A DNA stretch of 20,552 nucleotides from Candidatus Binatia bacterium (GTDB taxonomy: Bacteria; Desulfobacterota; Binatia; HRBIN30): positions 1-20,552 of the forward strand of contig JBBRSP010000052.1 of the NCBI GenBank assembly GCA_038245295.1, in the 5' to 3' direction. The position numbers were made by a program, and so were the translations under genes. Under the pieces are notes generated by a model that ran no database searches, was not told the DNA's origin, and was given only the letters and a program-made list of their open reading frames with translations. How positions within the stretch are numbered: position 1 is the first letter of the stretch; the number at the start of each line of letters is the position of its first letter. Below, piece after piece: positions 6,724 to 16,004 of this stretch.

Positions 6724-8807
6724 GCCGGCCTCCCCGCATGGCGATAGCGCGGCGTGATATCGCATTTCACACGCAGCTTGGAGCCGATCACGTCGAATGA
6801 GCCATCGACGTTTTCCGGCACAAACAGCAGCTTGTTGGAACCGGGCTCGAGCGTCAGTTGCGAGACGGCATCGGCCTGTCCCAGCAAGGCGTTGTCGGAG
6901 GAGCGGTATATCAGCGCCGTGGTGCGTCCATCGGGACGATGGGTAATCACCCAGTAACGCTGCACCGGCACCGGGTCATCGGCCACGGCCACGCCAACGT
7001 AGCTCGCTTCTGCCTCGTGTGGCACGGTGAGGATGATATCCGCGTCGATCAGCGGCGCGCCGTTTAACGCCTGTGCCGACAGCAACGCTCGCCAGGGCAG
7101 CGCCACGCCCTGCGGTAGGCCCGTTGGCGGCAGGTGGAAGGTGCCCAGCGGCAGCAGTGCCCAACTGTTGGCCACGGCCGGCATGGAGACCGGGCCGCCG
7201 CTCTGGTACTGCGGGTTGGCCGTGTCCAGTGCCACGCTCGCGACCACGATCGGCGGCACTGAAGCGGCGATGTTCAGGCCACCGTAGCCGCCGGCACTGT
7301 AGCCGCCGGTCGAATCGAGCGTGAACGTGTACGACGTCGCCGTGACGGTGTGATCCAGATACTTCCAAACGCTGGTCGAGGCTTCGAGCCAGTAGGCGCG
7401 GAACTTGCTCGCCACAAACGTGCCGCTGTCAATCGTGACGTAGACGATCGACGGCTGCGAGAGGTAGAACACCTGCTGTAGACTGGCGGCTGACTCGGCA
7501 CCACCGGCGTTGAAGACGCTGCCACGCAGGGTCAGGTTTTGCAGCGGTGCGAAGTAGCTGCCAGATCCCGCCGCGGTGGGCATCGCCGTGAGCGTTGGTG
7601 TCGGTGGCCCGGCGATGCTGGTACGCATGCGGGCCAGTAGCGCCATACGGCCGTTGTTCAAAGCGGCACCTGTCGAAGCGGCCACGCCGATCGGCAGGTA
7701 GGTGGACGACAGTGACATCTCAGCCGTGGCACCGCCGGAGGCGGTCGCGTCGTTGAGCGCAAGTCCGGTTTGCCGCGCCTGAATCAGCGAGTTGCTCGCC
7801 GTCCAGCCGGTGAGTGCGATCGTGAAGCTCGCCTGTGGTGCCGCAGCGAGCGATCCTGCGAACGTGACCACGTACGGGTCGCCACCGGTGCCGGTGCCTG
7901 TCACGGTGGCCTTGCCGGAGCCGATCGAGGCGAGTCCCTGCAGTGCCGTTTGCAGGCTGGCAGCGGAGACGTTGTACGCCTGTGCAGCGGTCGTGTTGGC
8001 GCCGAAGGTCAGCGTAAACGTACCGGCCGCGGTGCCAGAGGTGCGATAGAGCCAGATCACGGTTGGCGACTGGGCTGCCACCTCGTAGCCGCAGGCCCAG
8101 TCGGCGTCGGCCATGCCGTCGTAGGCGCGGCGCCAGGTGCGCAGGCTTGTCCAGCGTCCCGTCGTGGAGAGGTCTTCCGCGGTCAGCTTCGGCAGCGCCG
8201 GTGCATCGCCGGGCACGTTGGGGATGTAGAGCGTACAGCCGATGCCGGCGGTCAGCGTGCCGGACCAGGTGCCGGGGATGGTGTCACCACGGGCGAACTG
8301 CCGGCAGTTGAGCGTGAGCATACCGCGGCGGATCGGCGTCTCCTTGAACTCCTCATCGAGTTTCACCGTCAGCAGCAGATGACCGGAGACGACATCGAAG
8401 TACACCCATTCCGAGGTATGCAAGGAAGCGTCACGCGAGGTCATCATTTTGACCCAGAGGCAGACCGGAAGCCCGCCGCCCTGTGCCGTCGACGCCTCGC
8501 GCGCCCGCTTGAGCCAGCGCTCGATCGCATCCACGTTCTGCCAGAGGTCATCAGGCGAGTCGCCCCAGATACGCAGCTCGATCTCGATCGTGCGGCCGGT
8601 ATCGCTGATCGCCTTGTCGAAATCGGGGGTAGACGCCTCATAGGCGCCCGGCCCCGCCGAGAGGTCGAGATAGTCGCCGGGCAGCCCGCCGGGCCAGTCG
8701 TCGCCGGTGCCAGCGGCGATCAACAGATGGCCGCCGGGCGCGTACTGGTCGCCGCGAGAATCGGTCAGAAAGCGCTGGCTGTAGTACGGCGCGATTGCGG
8801 TGGTCAT
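6717..8807 (-). CDS. Expanded distal tail (Dit-like) protein, 696 aa, with inserted accessory domains
   Basis: First gene after the TMP (ATGA overlap). Dit-like termini (RTIEIELRIWG; LTLNCRQFARG; NVPGDAPALPKL; LTLEPGSNKL..ITPRY) enclose about 400 aa of insertions. Confidence 0.7.
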   Translation of the reverse strand: MTTAIAPYYSQRFLTDSRGDQYAPGGHLLIAAGTGDDWPGGLPGDYLDLSAGPGAYEASTPDFDKAISDTGRTIEIELRIWGDSPDDLWQNVDAIERWLKRAREASTAQGGGLPVCLWVKMMTSRDASLHTSEWVYFDVVSGHLLLTVKLDEEFKETPIRRGMLTLNCRQFARGDTIPGTWSGTLTAGIGCTLYIPNVPGDAPALPKLTAEDLSTTGRWTSLRTWRRAYDGMADADWACGYEVAAQSPTVIWLYRTSGTAAGTFTLTFGANTTAAQAYNVSAASLQTALQGLASIGSGKATVTGTGTGGDPYVVTFAGSLAAAPQASFTIALTGWTASNSLIQARQTGLALNDATASGGATAEMSLSSTYLPIGVAASTGAALNNGRMALLARMRTSIAGPPTPTLTAMPTAAGSGSYFAPLQNLTLRGSVFNAGGAESAASLQQVFYLSQPSIVYVTIDSGTFVASKFRAYWLEASTSVWKYLDHTVTATSYTFTLDSTGGYSAGGYGGLNIAASVPPIVVASVALDTANPQYQSGGPVSMPAVANSWALLPLGTFHLPPTGLPQGVALPWRALLSAQALNGAPLIDADIILTVPHEAEASYVGVAVADDPVPVQRYWVITHRPDGRTTALIYRSSDNALLGQADAVSQLTLEPGSNKLLFVPENVDGSFDVIGSKLRVKCDITPRYRHAGRPAW

Positions 8808-11800
8808 CGTGTGAACCTCACAATCGGCCGGAGGTTGAGCGAGATCTTGCGCTGAATCGCCCGCCCCGCGGCTGAGCCGATCAGGTAGCTATCGATGTAC
8901 AGGTTCGTCTGCTGTTGCTGCTGCGACAGCGCCGTAACCGCTGCCGTGGTGTCCTGCACAGCCGCCTGTGTCTCCTGCAGCACCGGCACGATCGCGCTCG
9001 TGTTCTGTGCGATCGTGGCGAGCTGCACATTCGTGTTCGACGGGCTGGCAGACGCGAAAAAGCCGCCTTGAATATCGCCCGACTGCCGTCCCTCGGGGCC
9101 GAAACTACTGCCGCCCAACGAACCGAGGCTACTCGCCGTTCTGCCCGTGTTTTGAGCCGTAGCGGCGGTATTCTGAGCCGTGGCGGCGGTATTCTGCAGG
9201 ACAGCGTTAAGATCTTCGCTGTCCTTACCAGAGAGCCGCATCACGCCCGGATGCGCGGCGGTGAAGGCGGCTGCCACGGCATCTTCCTGCTGCTTAAGGA
9301 TTGTCCCCACTGCGGCCGCCCACAGACCCGGCTCGCTCCTTTGGAAAATCGCTAAGTACTGCCTGGCGAAGTTGTCGTACTGGTCCTGAGCGATACCGGC
9401 AGGGGCAGTGCCCCCTAGCCCAGCAACCCCACCGCCGGCACCACCGGTGCCAATCCTGCCCGCTGCTGCTGCCAGCGCCTTGCCGCCGGCAGACACATCA
9501 CCGGCACCGGAGCCGAGCGCCGTCGCGGAGGTTGCCACCATGCCGGAGGCGTTAATCGAGTAGGTGACGCCCTGTGCGGTGGTGATCGTCTGGGTGACTG
9601 CGGCCTGTCCCTGTGCCGTGGCAGCCGCTACCCCGGCAGCGTTCGCCGGGGCAAGCGCACCGCTAACCGACGCACTCACCGCCCCCGGAATCGCGCTGCC
9701 GCCGGGCGAGAGTGCGTTGTAAACCATCGACGGCACGGGATCGAGCGCGTCAAAGACCATCGACGGCACGGGCTCGAGCGCCGTGCCGATCGTCTTGGTG
9801 AGGTGCTCAGACAGGGCCGGGTCGGGCACCGTAATCCCTGTACCGGCGCCGCCCTGCTGTGACGGCATGCCGCCGGGGAAGGGCCCACCGGTGCCGGCGC
9901 CGCCCTGCATGGCAGACGTATTCGCGTTAAGCGCCGCCGTGTTCAGTTCGGTCGCCGTAGTCTGTGCCGTGAGAAACGGCTGGCTTTCGGTCAGCGCTTT
10001 GGCAACGGCGCCGTTAGCGTTGACCACGGCATCGCTTGCCTGTTGTTCTTTCAGCGCTGCAGGGCTGGTCGCGTTCATGCCGGCAAGCACCGACGCAGCC
10101 ACACTACCGCCTGCACCCGGCTCGCCCGCAGCGAGCGCAGCCTGATTCCTTCCGAACGCCTCCCAGAAGGCGGCCACGGCGGCCGACGGCACTTCGTCGG
10201 CCTGCATGATGTGCGGGCCGCCGCCGGGCAGACCCATGCCTGAAAGGCCCGCGTTGATCGTCTTGATGTCGATGGCAGAGAGCGCGGTGCCGGCGATACC
10301 TGCGGCCGTGCCGAGCGCCGTAATCGCCCGCGCAGTCAGGTTCAGCGCGATCGTGGTATCGCCAATGGACTGCAGCAGTTGATGCGCCTGGTCGCTGCCA
10401 GCCGGGGCGAACTGCTGCTGCGTGCGCAACTGCGCCAGATTGGCGGTGAGCTGCGACTGTTGCCCCATCAGCCCCGGCAGCAGGTCGGACTCGTGTTGCA
10501 GTGCCGCCCGCTGCGAGCCCACGACGTTCGGATCGGCCAGTTGCAACTGGATCGCGTACTGGGCGTTGCCGAGGCTTATCTGCGCGTTGATACCGGTCTC
10601 GTAGTCCGCAAGCACGCTCTTATTGGCGGCGATCAGATCCTGTGCGGCTTTCTGTGCGATGGCCACTTCATCGTTGGCCGTGGTTTGGGCGAGTCCGAGC
10701 CGCTTCTGGGCTATATCCACGGCGGACTGGTAGACCTGCAGATCGTTGCCCACCAGATGCCGGGCCTTGGCGTCATCGAGGGCTTGCACGGCATCGTTAT
10801 AGACTCCCTGCGCCGTGATCTGATCGCCTATCCCTCCGAGCGCCGTCTGTCTCGTGCGGTCAAGCACGGCCTGATCGTGAATCGCCGTCTGCTCAGTAAT
10901 CTGCTCATGGCCCTTTGCCGTGCCCAGATCGAGCACCTCGAAGAATTGCTTGTACTCCTGGCTGAGGGCTCGTTTGCCGTTGTCAGCATCGATGGCCGAC
11001 TGTACGCTTGCGGCGTCAGCCGCCTGCGTCTGTTGCGTGTTGGCGGTCAGATCCTTGTCGTACTCGCCGGCAGACTTACGCCAAGCGGCGGTCTTTTCGC
11101 CAGCCGCATCGTTGGCCGACTTGGCGATATCCTGGTCCGCCTTGAGCGTGGCGGGCTCAACGTTGTTCTGAATATCGTCAAGTACCTGCTGATTGGCGCG
11201 GCCGGCCTCAGAGATGGCGGCCAGCGCAGCGTCGTGATCGGCGTCAGCCTGTGTCTTCGCGCCCGCAAGTGTGGCATCCGTCACCGTCTGTACACCGTTG
11301 ACAATGCCCTTATTGACATCGTTCCATTCGGTGCCAAGCGTGACCAACGCCTTGCGTGCCGTCTCAGCGGCCGCGTCGATGCTGACGGGCGTCTCTGGTG
11401 CCGGTGAGGGGAGTTGGCCGTTGACATCAGAGCCGGCGGCGCCGGGTGCGAACGTGCCGGGAGTGCCGGGAGTACCTGTTCCTGCGAAGGCGGCAGGGTT
11501 ACCAGTGCCGAGCGTGGGCTTCGATGAGGTTGCAGTTCCGAGCCACTCACCCGGTCCCGCATAGCCGTGGTGTTTCAGAGCCTCAAGAAACGCATTGAAA
11601 TCGCCCGCGTTAGCGGCAGCCACCGCGTCGGGGTATCTCTGCCACCACGCGTCGAGCGAGCCGACACCGGCTGCTATCGACGGGAAGAGCGACTGATTGG
11701 TGTAGCCGGCCGGAGCACCCACGCCCGCGGACCCGGCCGCTGTCCCGCCGGACTTGAACATCTTTGAGCCAACGCTGTTCAGCGCCCCCGGTGCAAAGCC

Positions 11801-14800
11801 GAACATCGGTTCATTATCGCCGGGCGATGGCAACGGCAATGTCGATTCGTGCGCCTGAATCGCCGCGTACCACGCCGGCGGCAGTCCACCAATGGAGCCG
11901 CCCACCACGGTGACGGGTACGGGGCCGCCGGCAGCGCCCGCCAAGCCGCCGCCGGGGCCGAGTAGCGTCAGCGGGTCAACCAACTGGCCGGCTGGATTGC
12001 GGATCTGGATTTCCGTGTGCGGGCCGGTCGTTACGCCGGATGTCGGCGAACCGACTTCGCCGCCGGAAAGTCCCACGGTAACGCCGGCAGCGATCTTATC
12101 GCCTACGGACACCAAGGCCTTGTCCAGATGGCCGATCGTCTCTTCAAAGCCGCTGTCGAGTTTGATCGTGACCGAGAGGCCGATGCCGCCCTGTCCTTCG
12201 TTGGTGACCTTCGTAACGATGCCTGGGCCGCCTGAGATCAGCGGCGATCCGACCGTGGGAATGCCGAAATCGACACCCTGCTCCCCCTTGACGCCGAACT
12301 TCTGCGTCACCGCCACGTCAGAGCCGAGCTGCGCGACCGGGGAGAGAATGCCGCCGCCAGCCGACCCCGGCACTCCCGCGCCGGCCGCCGCAATCCCCGC
12401 TGCGATCGTCGGTCCCAGGTTCTTCACCGCCGCGCCGAACGAGCCGAGCTTGCTGATCGAGCCGTCGATCTTCGCTGTGATATCGTCCCAGGCCGTGGCG
12501 ATCGGCTTGAGCGAGCCGGGAACGTCCCTGCCAGCGGTAGCTGACGCCGTGGTGAAGCCTTCGGTTGCGTTCTTGGCGTCTTTGGCCGGCTGTACCGTGC
12601 TCCCGATCGCCACAGCAAGCGGCGGCATCACGGCGAGTTGATGATCAAAGTGCGGATTGCCGGCTGCCACGGCCAGCGCGTGCGCCTCGGTTGCGTTCTT
12701 GGCGTCCACCAGCGGCGTGAGCTGGTCCTGCAGCCCCTTGCGTGTCGGCTCCAACTGGTCAAGCCGGATCTGTGTGGCGGCCGCGTCAGCCCCCGCCGGT
12801 CCCGTCTGCGACAGCGCCAGATCGAGCGTTGCCTTTGCCTTTGTCTGGTCCGACATCTTAGCGCCGGTAAGCACGGACTGGTCATAGATGCGCTGCAGAT
12901 CGGCGACATGTCGCGCGGCCGGGCTGGAGTTGGAGAGCGCCGCATGCAGTTGATCGATGGTCAGGGTGACATCGGCGATTTTCGCCTTGACGTCGAGCTC
13001 TTCCTGCGACGGGATATGCAGCATCCCGGCCCAGTCGTCGTGCAGCTTCTTGACCTTGATATCCGCGTTGCCAAGCTCGCCCTGAAAGGCGGTGAGCATG
13101 GCTCCCCAGTCGCCGTTATCTTTGGCCTCGGTGAAGGCGTCAGAGAGCGCCTGGGCTTGCCGGGCGGTTTCGGCGGCGGCGGGCCCCAGCGTAGCCACAG
13201 CCTCGTATAGCGCCTTCGTGCTGGTCACCGCTGCCGTCTGGCTCGGGTCGAGGCTGTTCTTGATGATGTCGTCAAGGCCGGCGATCTTCGCTCGCTGGTC
13301 ACTGGCAGAGAGACCGGCAAAGGCGAGCGCTCCAGCCCAGTCGTGCTGAAAGACCGCCGCGTCCTGTGTCGATTTACTGGCCGTGGTGACGGCGGTGTTG
13401 AGTAGGCCAAGTGCGCCAGCATGGGAGCCGAGCCCAGCAGTAGACAGGCCCAGCGAGGCTGCCATCGTATCGACGTGATCTTTCATGCCAGCCGCGGCAG
13501 CGGACGCCTCGCCGATCTGCCCCATCCAGCGGCCTTGCGCCGCACGATCCTTGTCGATCGCGTCGCTCAGATAACGGGTGGCGTCTGTGGTCTTTTCCAC
13601 CTCCGTCGTGACCTGATTGAGAGGACTCTTGGCCCATTCGGTATTAAGTGCCGCCAAGGCCTTATGCGTGGCGTCGTACTGGCCCTGAAGTTTGGCGATC
13701 TCCTCTTTGAGCTTGGTGATCTCATCACGCAGGGATTTCGACTGTTGCGACTGGACACCGTGAGCGTCGTTGGATTTAGCGAGCGCCGTGTACAGCCCTT
13801 CGAGTTGGTCTTTCTCCTCGGCTAGCTTGATCCCGAGGTCATAGGTCGCGGTGTAGGCGGTTTGCAGCTTTGCCGGCAGATCGGTCGCTGCCGCAAGTAG
13901 TTTATTGAGCCCATCCGTCGCCTCTTTGGCGCCGCCGTCATGCAGCTTGTGCAGGCTGCCGTCGAGGTCGCTTGCATCCTGCGATAGATGCTGGATCGCA
14001 AGTCCGGCCGCCACCGCAATCAGACCAATCGGACCGAGTGCAATCGCGGCAGCACCACCAGTCGCGGCAGCGCTGCCGGCCGCCGCCGCAAGGCCGCCCT
14101 GAGCCACGGCCAGCGCCTCAGTGGGCGCGACCGCCGCGCCCGTCGCGGCTTCGAACTCCAGCACACCAGCCGCCGCCGCTGTCTCGCTTGCCGCCACGGC
14201 GGTGCTGCCGCCCACGAGCGACGTGAGACTGCCGAGGGTGGACATCGCCCCCTCACCAAGCTTGAGCAGCGCCGACGCCCCAAGCAGCGTGCCGCCCGCC
14301 AGCAACGGCAGCGTCACGACCAGATCCTTGACCGGACCCGGCAGCTTGTTCAGCGCGTCGGTGGCCGCAGTAACGCCGCCGACGATAGCGGTAAAGGTCG
14401 GCGCCACGTCGGAGCCGATCGAGGCACCAAGCGCTTGCAGCTCCAGATGCAGTTCGGCGCTCTTCTGCTTGAACGCTTCGATATGAGCGACCTGTTCCTC
14501 GGAGCCGAGTCCCAGCGTTTTCGCCTTATCCGTCCAGTTCTGGAGTCCGGCGGAGCCTTGCTCCAAAAGCGGCACGAGCTGCGGGCCGAGTCGCGCACCG
14601 AACAATTGCGCCGCAAGTCCGGCCGCATTGAAGGCTTCGCCGCCCCCTTTTGCCCGCTCCGCCCCCTGCTGAAAGGCGTCGGCAATCGAAGGCAGCAGTT
14701 CGGCCAGCGGTCGAATATTGCCGTCAGCACCCTGCGCCTGCACACCGAGATCGGCGAACGCCTTTGCCAGATTGCCGGTTAATGGCTTGCCGGCATCAAG

Positions 14801-15358
14801 CTCCTGCTGCATGGTCTGCAAGCCGAGATTGACCCGCATCAGGGCGCGATCGGCAGAACCCGCCGGCTGGCCAATCGACTCCAGTTCAGCGTTCAGACCG
14901 GCAATGGCCGTGGTCGTCAGGCCGGTTTGCAGCGCGGTCAGATGCAGGGTTTCGATGCCAGTCTCGAAACTGTGAAAGGAGATACCGGCGGCAGCCACGC
15001 CGATACCGGCGATCCCCGTGCCTAGTAGCGCGAGTTGGCCCACGCCAGACTCAGACGCCTTGCCCATCGTTTGGATTGCGTCAGCGGCGATGTGGATCGC
15101 GTTGGAGAGACCGGGGATCTGCTCGCCGGCAAGCTCCTGCGCTTTGGCGCCCAGTTCGTGCAGCGACTTGGTGCTCTCGCTGGCTTTAGCGGCGTGGTCT
15201 TCGTGGGCCTTGCCGAGCTTGTCGGTCGGGCCGGCTAGCGCGTCTGATGCGTCTTTCGCTGTCTGCAGCGCCTCACGATAGGCGAGCGCCTGCTGGGTTC
15301 CGGCCTCGAAGCCTTCCGTGCTCAAAATCGAGCGAAGCACACTTGCATCGACGGACAA
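8804..15358 (-). CDS. Tape measure protein, 2184 aa, with internal M23-like and GH73-like domains
   Basis: Very long Ala/Gly-rich helical ORF after the chaperone. TMP-type segment AFADLGVQ..DGNIRP..AAQLFG..LVPLL. TTG start with GAGGGG SD. Confidence 0.93.
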   Translation of the reverse strand: MSVDASVLRSILSTEGFEAGTQQALAYREALQTAKDASDALAGPTDKLGKAHEDHAAKASESTKSLHELGAKAQELAGEQIPGLSNAIHIAADAIQTMGKASESGVGQLALLGTGIAGIGVAAAGISFHSFETGIETLHLTALQTGLTTTAIAGLNAELESIGQPAGSADRALMRVNLGLQTMQQELDAGKPLTGNLAKAFADLGVQAQGADGNIRPLAELLPSIADAFQQGAERAKGGGEAFNAAGLAAQLFGARLGPQLVPLLEQGSAGLQNWTDKAKTLGLGSEEQVAHIEAFKQKSAELHLELQALGASIGSDVAPTFTAIVGGVTAATDALNKLPGPVKDLVVTLPLLAGGTLLGASALLKLGEGAMSTLGSLTSLVGGSTAVAASETAAAAGVLEFEAATGAAVAPTEALAVAQGGLAAAAGSAAATGGAAAIALGPIGLIAVAAGLAIQHLSQDASDLDGSLHKLHDGGAKEATDGLNKLLAAATDLPAKLQTAYTATYDLGIKLAEEKDQLEGLYTALAKSNDAHGVQSQQSKSLRDEITKLKEEIAKLQGQYDATHKALAALNTEWAKSPLNQVTTEVEKTTDATRYLSDAIDKDRAAQGRWMGQIGEASAAAAGMKDHVDTMAASLGLSTAGLGSHAGALGLLNTAVTTASKSTQDAAVFQHDWAGALAFAGLSASDQRAKIAGLDDIIKNSLDPSQTAAVTSTKALYEAVATLGPAAAETARQAQALSDAFTEAKDNGDWGAMLTAFQGELGNADIKVKKLHDDWAGMLHIPSQEELDVKAKIADVTLTIDQLHAALSNSSPAARHVADLQRIYDQSVLTGAKMSDQTKAKATLDLALSQTGPAGADAAATQIRLDQLEPTRKGLQDQLTPLVDAKNATEAHALAVAAGNPHFDHQLAVMPPLAVAIGSTVQPAKDAKNATEGFTTASATAGRDVPGSLKPIATAWDDITAKIDGSISKLGSFGAAVKNLGPTIAAGIAAAGAGVPGSAGGGILSPVAQLGSDVAVTQKFGVKGEQGVDFGIPTVGSPLISGGPGIVTKVTNEGQGGIGLSVTIKLDSGFEETIGHLDKALVSVGDKIAAGVTVGLSGGEVGSPTSGVTTGPHTEIQIRNPAGQLVDPLTLLGPGGGLAGAAGGPVPVTVVGGSIGGLPPAWYAAIQAHESTLPLPSPGDNEPMFGFAPGALNSVGSKMFKSGGTAAGSAGVGAPAGYTNQSLFPSIAAGVGSLDAWWQRYPDAVAAANAGDFNAFLEALKHHGYAGPGEWLGTATSSKPTLGTGNPAAFAGTGTPGTPGTFAPGAAGSDVNGQLPSPAPETPVSIDAAAETARKALVTLGTEWNDVNKGIVNGVQTVTDATLAGAKTQADADHDAALAAISEAGRANQQVLDDIQNNVEPATLKADQDIAKSANDAAGEKTAAWRKSAGEYDKDLTANTQQTQAADAASVQSAIDADNGKRALSQEYKQFFEVLDLGTAKGHEQITEQTAIHDQAVLDRTRQTALGGIGDQITAQGVYNDAVQALDDAKARHLVGNDLQVYQSAVDIAQKRLGLAQTTANDEVAIAQKAAQDLIAANKSVLADYETGINAQISLGNAQYAIQLQLADPNVVGSQRAALQHESDLLPGLMGQQSQLTANLAQLRTQQQFAPAGSDQAHQLLQSIGDTTIALNLTARAITALGTAAGIAGTALSAIDIKTINAGLSGMGLPGGGPHIMQADEVPSAAVAAFWEAFGRNQAALAAGEPGAGGSVAASVLAGMNATSPAALKEQQASDAVVNANGAVAKALTESQPFLTAQTTATELNTAALNANTSAMQGGAGTGGPFPGGMPSQQGGAGTGITVPDPALSEHLTKTIGTALEPVPSMVFDALDPVPSMVYNALSPGGSAIPGAVSASVSGALAPANAAGVAAATAQGQAAVTQTITTAQGVTYSINASGMVATSATALGSGAGDVSAGGKALAAAAGRIGTGGAGGGVAGLGGTAPAGIAQDQYDNFARQYLAIFQRSEPGLWAAAVGTILKQQEDAVAAAFTAAHPGVMRLSGKDSEDLNAVLQNTAATAQNTAATAQNTGRTASSLGSLGGSSFGPEGRQSGDIQGGFFASASPSNTNVQLATIAQNTSAIVPVLQETQAAVQDTTAAVTALSQQQQQTNLYIDSYLIGSAAGRAIQRKISLNLRPIVRFTR
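9149..9196. repeat. 21-bp period imperfect tandem repeat in the TMP (QNTAATA units)
   Basis: tgagccgt(a/g)gcggcggtattc repeated; protein reads QNTAATAQNTAATAQNT. Confidence 0.85.
9723..9781. repeat. 33-bp period repeat in the TMP (11-aa unit AL(E/D)PVPSMV)
   Basis: accatcgacggcacggg(a/c)tcgagcgc at 9723 and 9756. Confidence 0.9.
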
Positions 15359-15371
15359 TCGAACCCCTCAC

Positions 15372-15988
15372 CTATCTGCCACCAGAGAACTCTTTGTTTT
15401 TTCGCTCAATCCAGGCATCCAACTCCGCCTGTCGTTCCCCTGCCTGGTACAGAGCGCTCAGCTGCGCCTCATAGCGATGGCGCCAGTATTCCGGCATCGA
15501 CTCGAACTCTGGCGCCGTGCAGCCTGCGAACTGGGACAACTCGATCAGCCAGTCGTGCGGCGGGCGTTTGCCCTTTACCCCACGAGAGACAAGCCACTTG
15601 GCGTGCTCGTCGACTTGTCCCTGAGCGAGTTTGGGTTCACGTCCTCCTGAATCGCGGCCACAATCTCGACCAGGAACCGATCCGGCTCTTTACGCAGGGA
15701 CTCGGGGCGCAGCGATACCGGCTTGCCGTTGTCCTCGTAATCCCACTCGACCACCAGCGCCGCTACCATGTCGGCGCGGAACTCGTGAGCGGAAAACGGC
15801 GTGCCTTCCTTTTTGTTCTCGCCCTCACCGACCGTCTTGGCTGCCTCGGTGTGTTTGGCCGCTACCTCATCCCAAATGCGGGAGTAGTCCATCGCCCGGT
15901 AATGGGCGTGGAGCGTACCGGCCACGTCCTGAAAGTCGATCGGCAAGATGCGGATGTACTCGTGGATGGCCTTGCGCTGGAGTGCCAT
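15372..15988 (-). CDS. Tail assembly chaperone, -1 frameshifted long form (lambda gpGT analogue), about 205 aa
   Basis: The -1 frame is open from the slippery site to TAG at 15372-15374 (LAQGQVDEHAKW...GCTAPEFESMPEYW...FSGGR) and fills the gap before the TMP. Confidence 0.85.
15575..15988 (-). CDS. Tail assembly chaperone, short form (lambda gpG analogue), 137 aa
   Basis: Lies between the tail tube gene and the TMP; LVVEWDYED..G.PV motif; GAGGT SD. Confidence 0.88.
   Translation of the reverse strand: MALQRKAIHEYIRILPIDFQDVAGTLHAHYRAMDYSRIWDEVAAKHTEAAKTVGEGENKKEGTPFSAHEFRADMVAALVVEWDYEDNGKPVSLRPESLRKEPDRFLVEIVAAIQEDVNPNSLRDKSTSTPSGLSLVG
15629..15635 (-). other. Programmed -1 ribosomal frameshift heptamer C CCA AAC
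   Basis: X XXY YYZ pattern in the correct phase (AAC CCA AAC, codons 118-120). Confidence 0.85.
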
Positions 15989-16004
15989 AAACTACCTCTA
16001 CGAA

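Noticed and set aside
6724..6765. Track start for the Tal-like gene at 6765 (likewise 641 for the PT-rich gene)
   Set aside because: Both create long overlaps without an SD. Starts at 6723 and 539 have SD and/or stop-start coupling.
9149..9781. 7-aa and 11-aa repeats in the TMP as a separate system
   Set aside because: Short helical-period repeats are ordinary in tape measure proteins.
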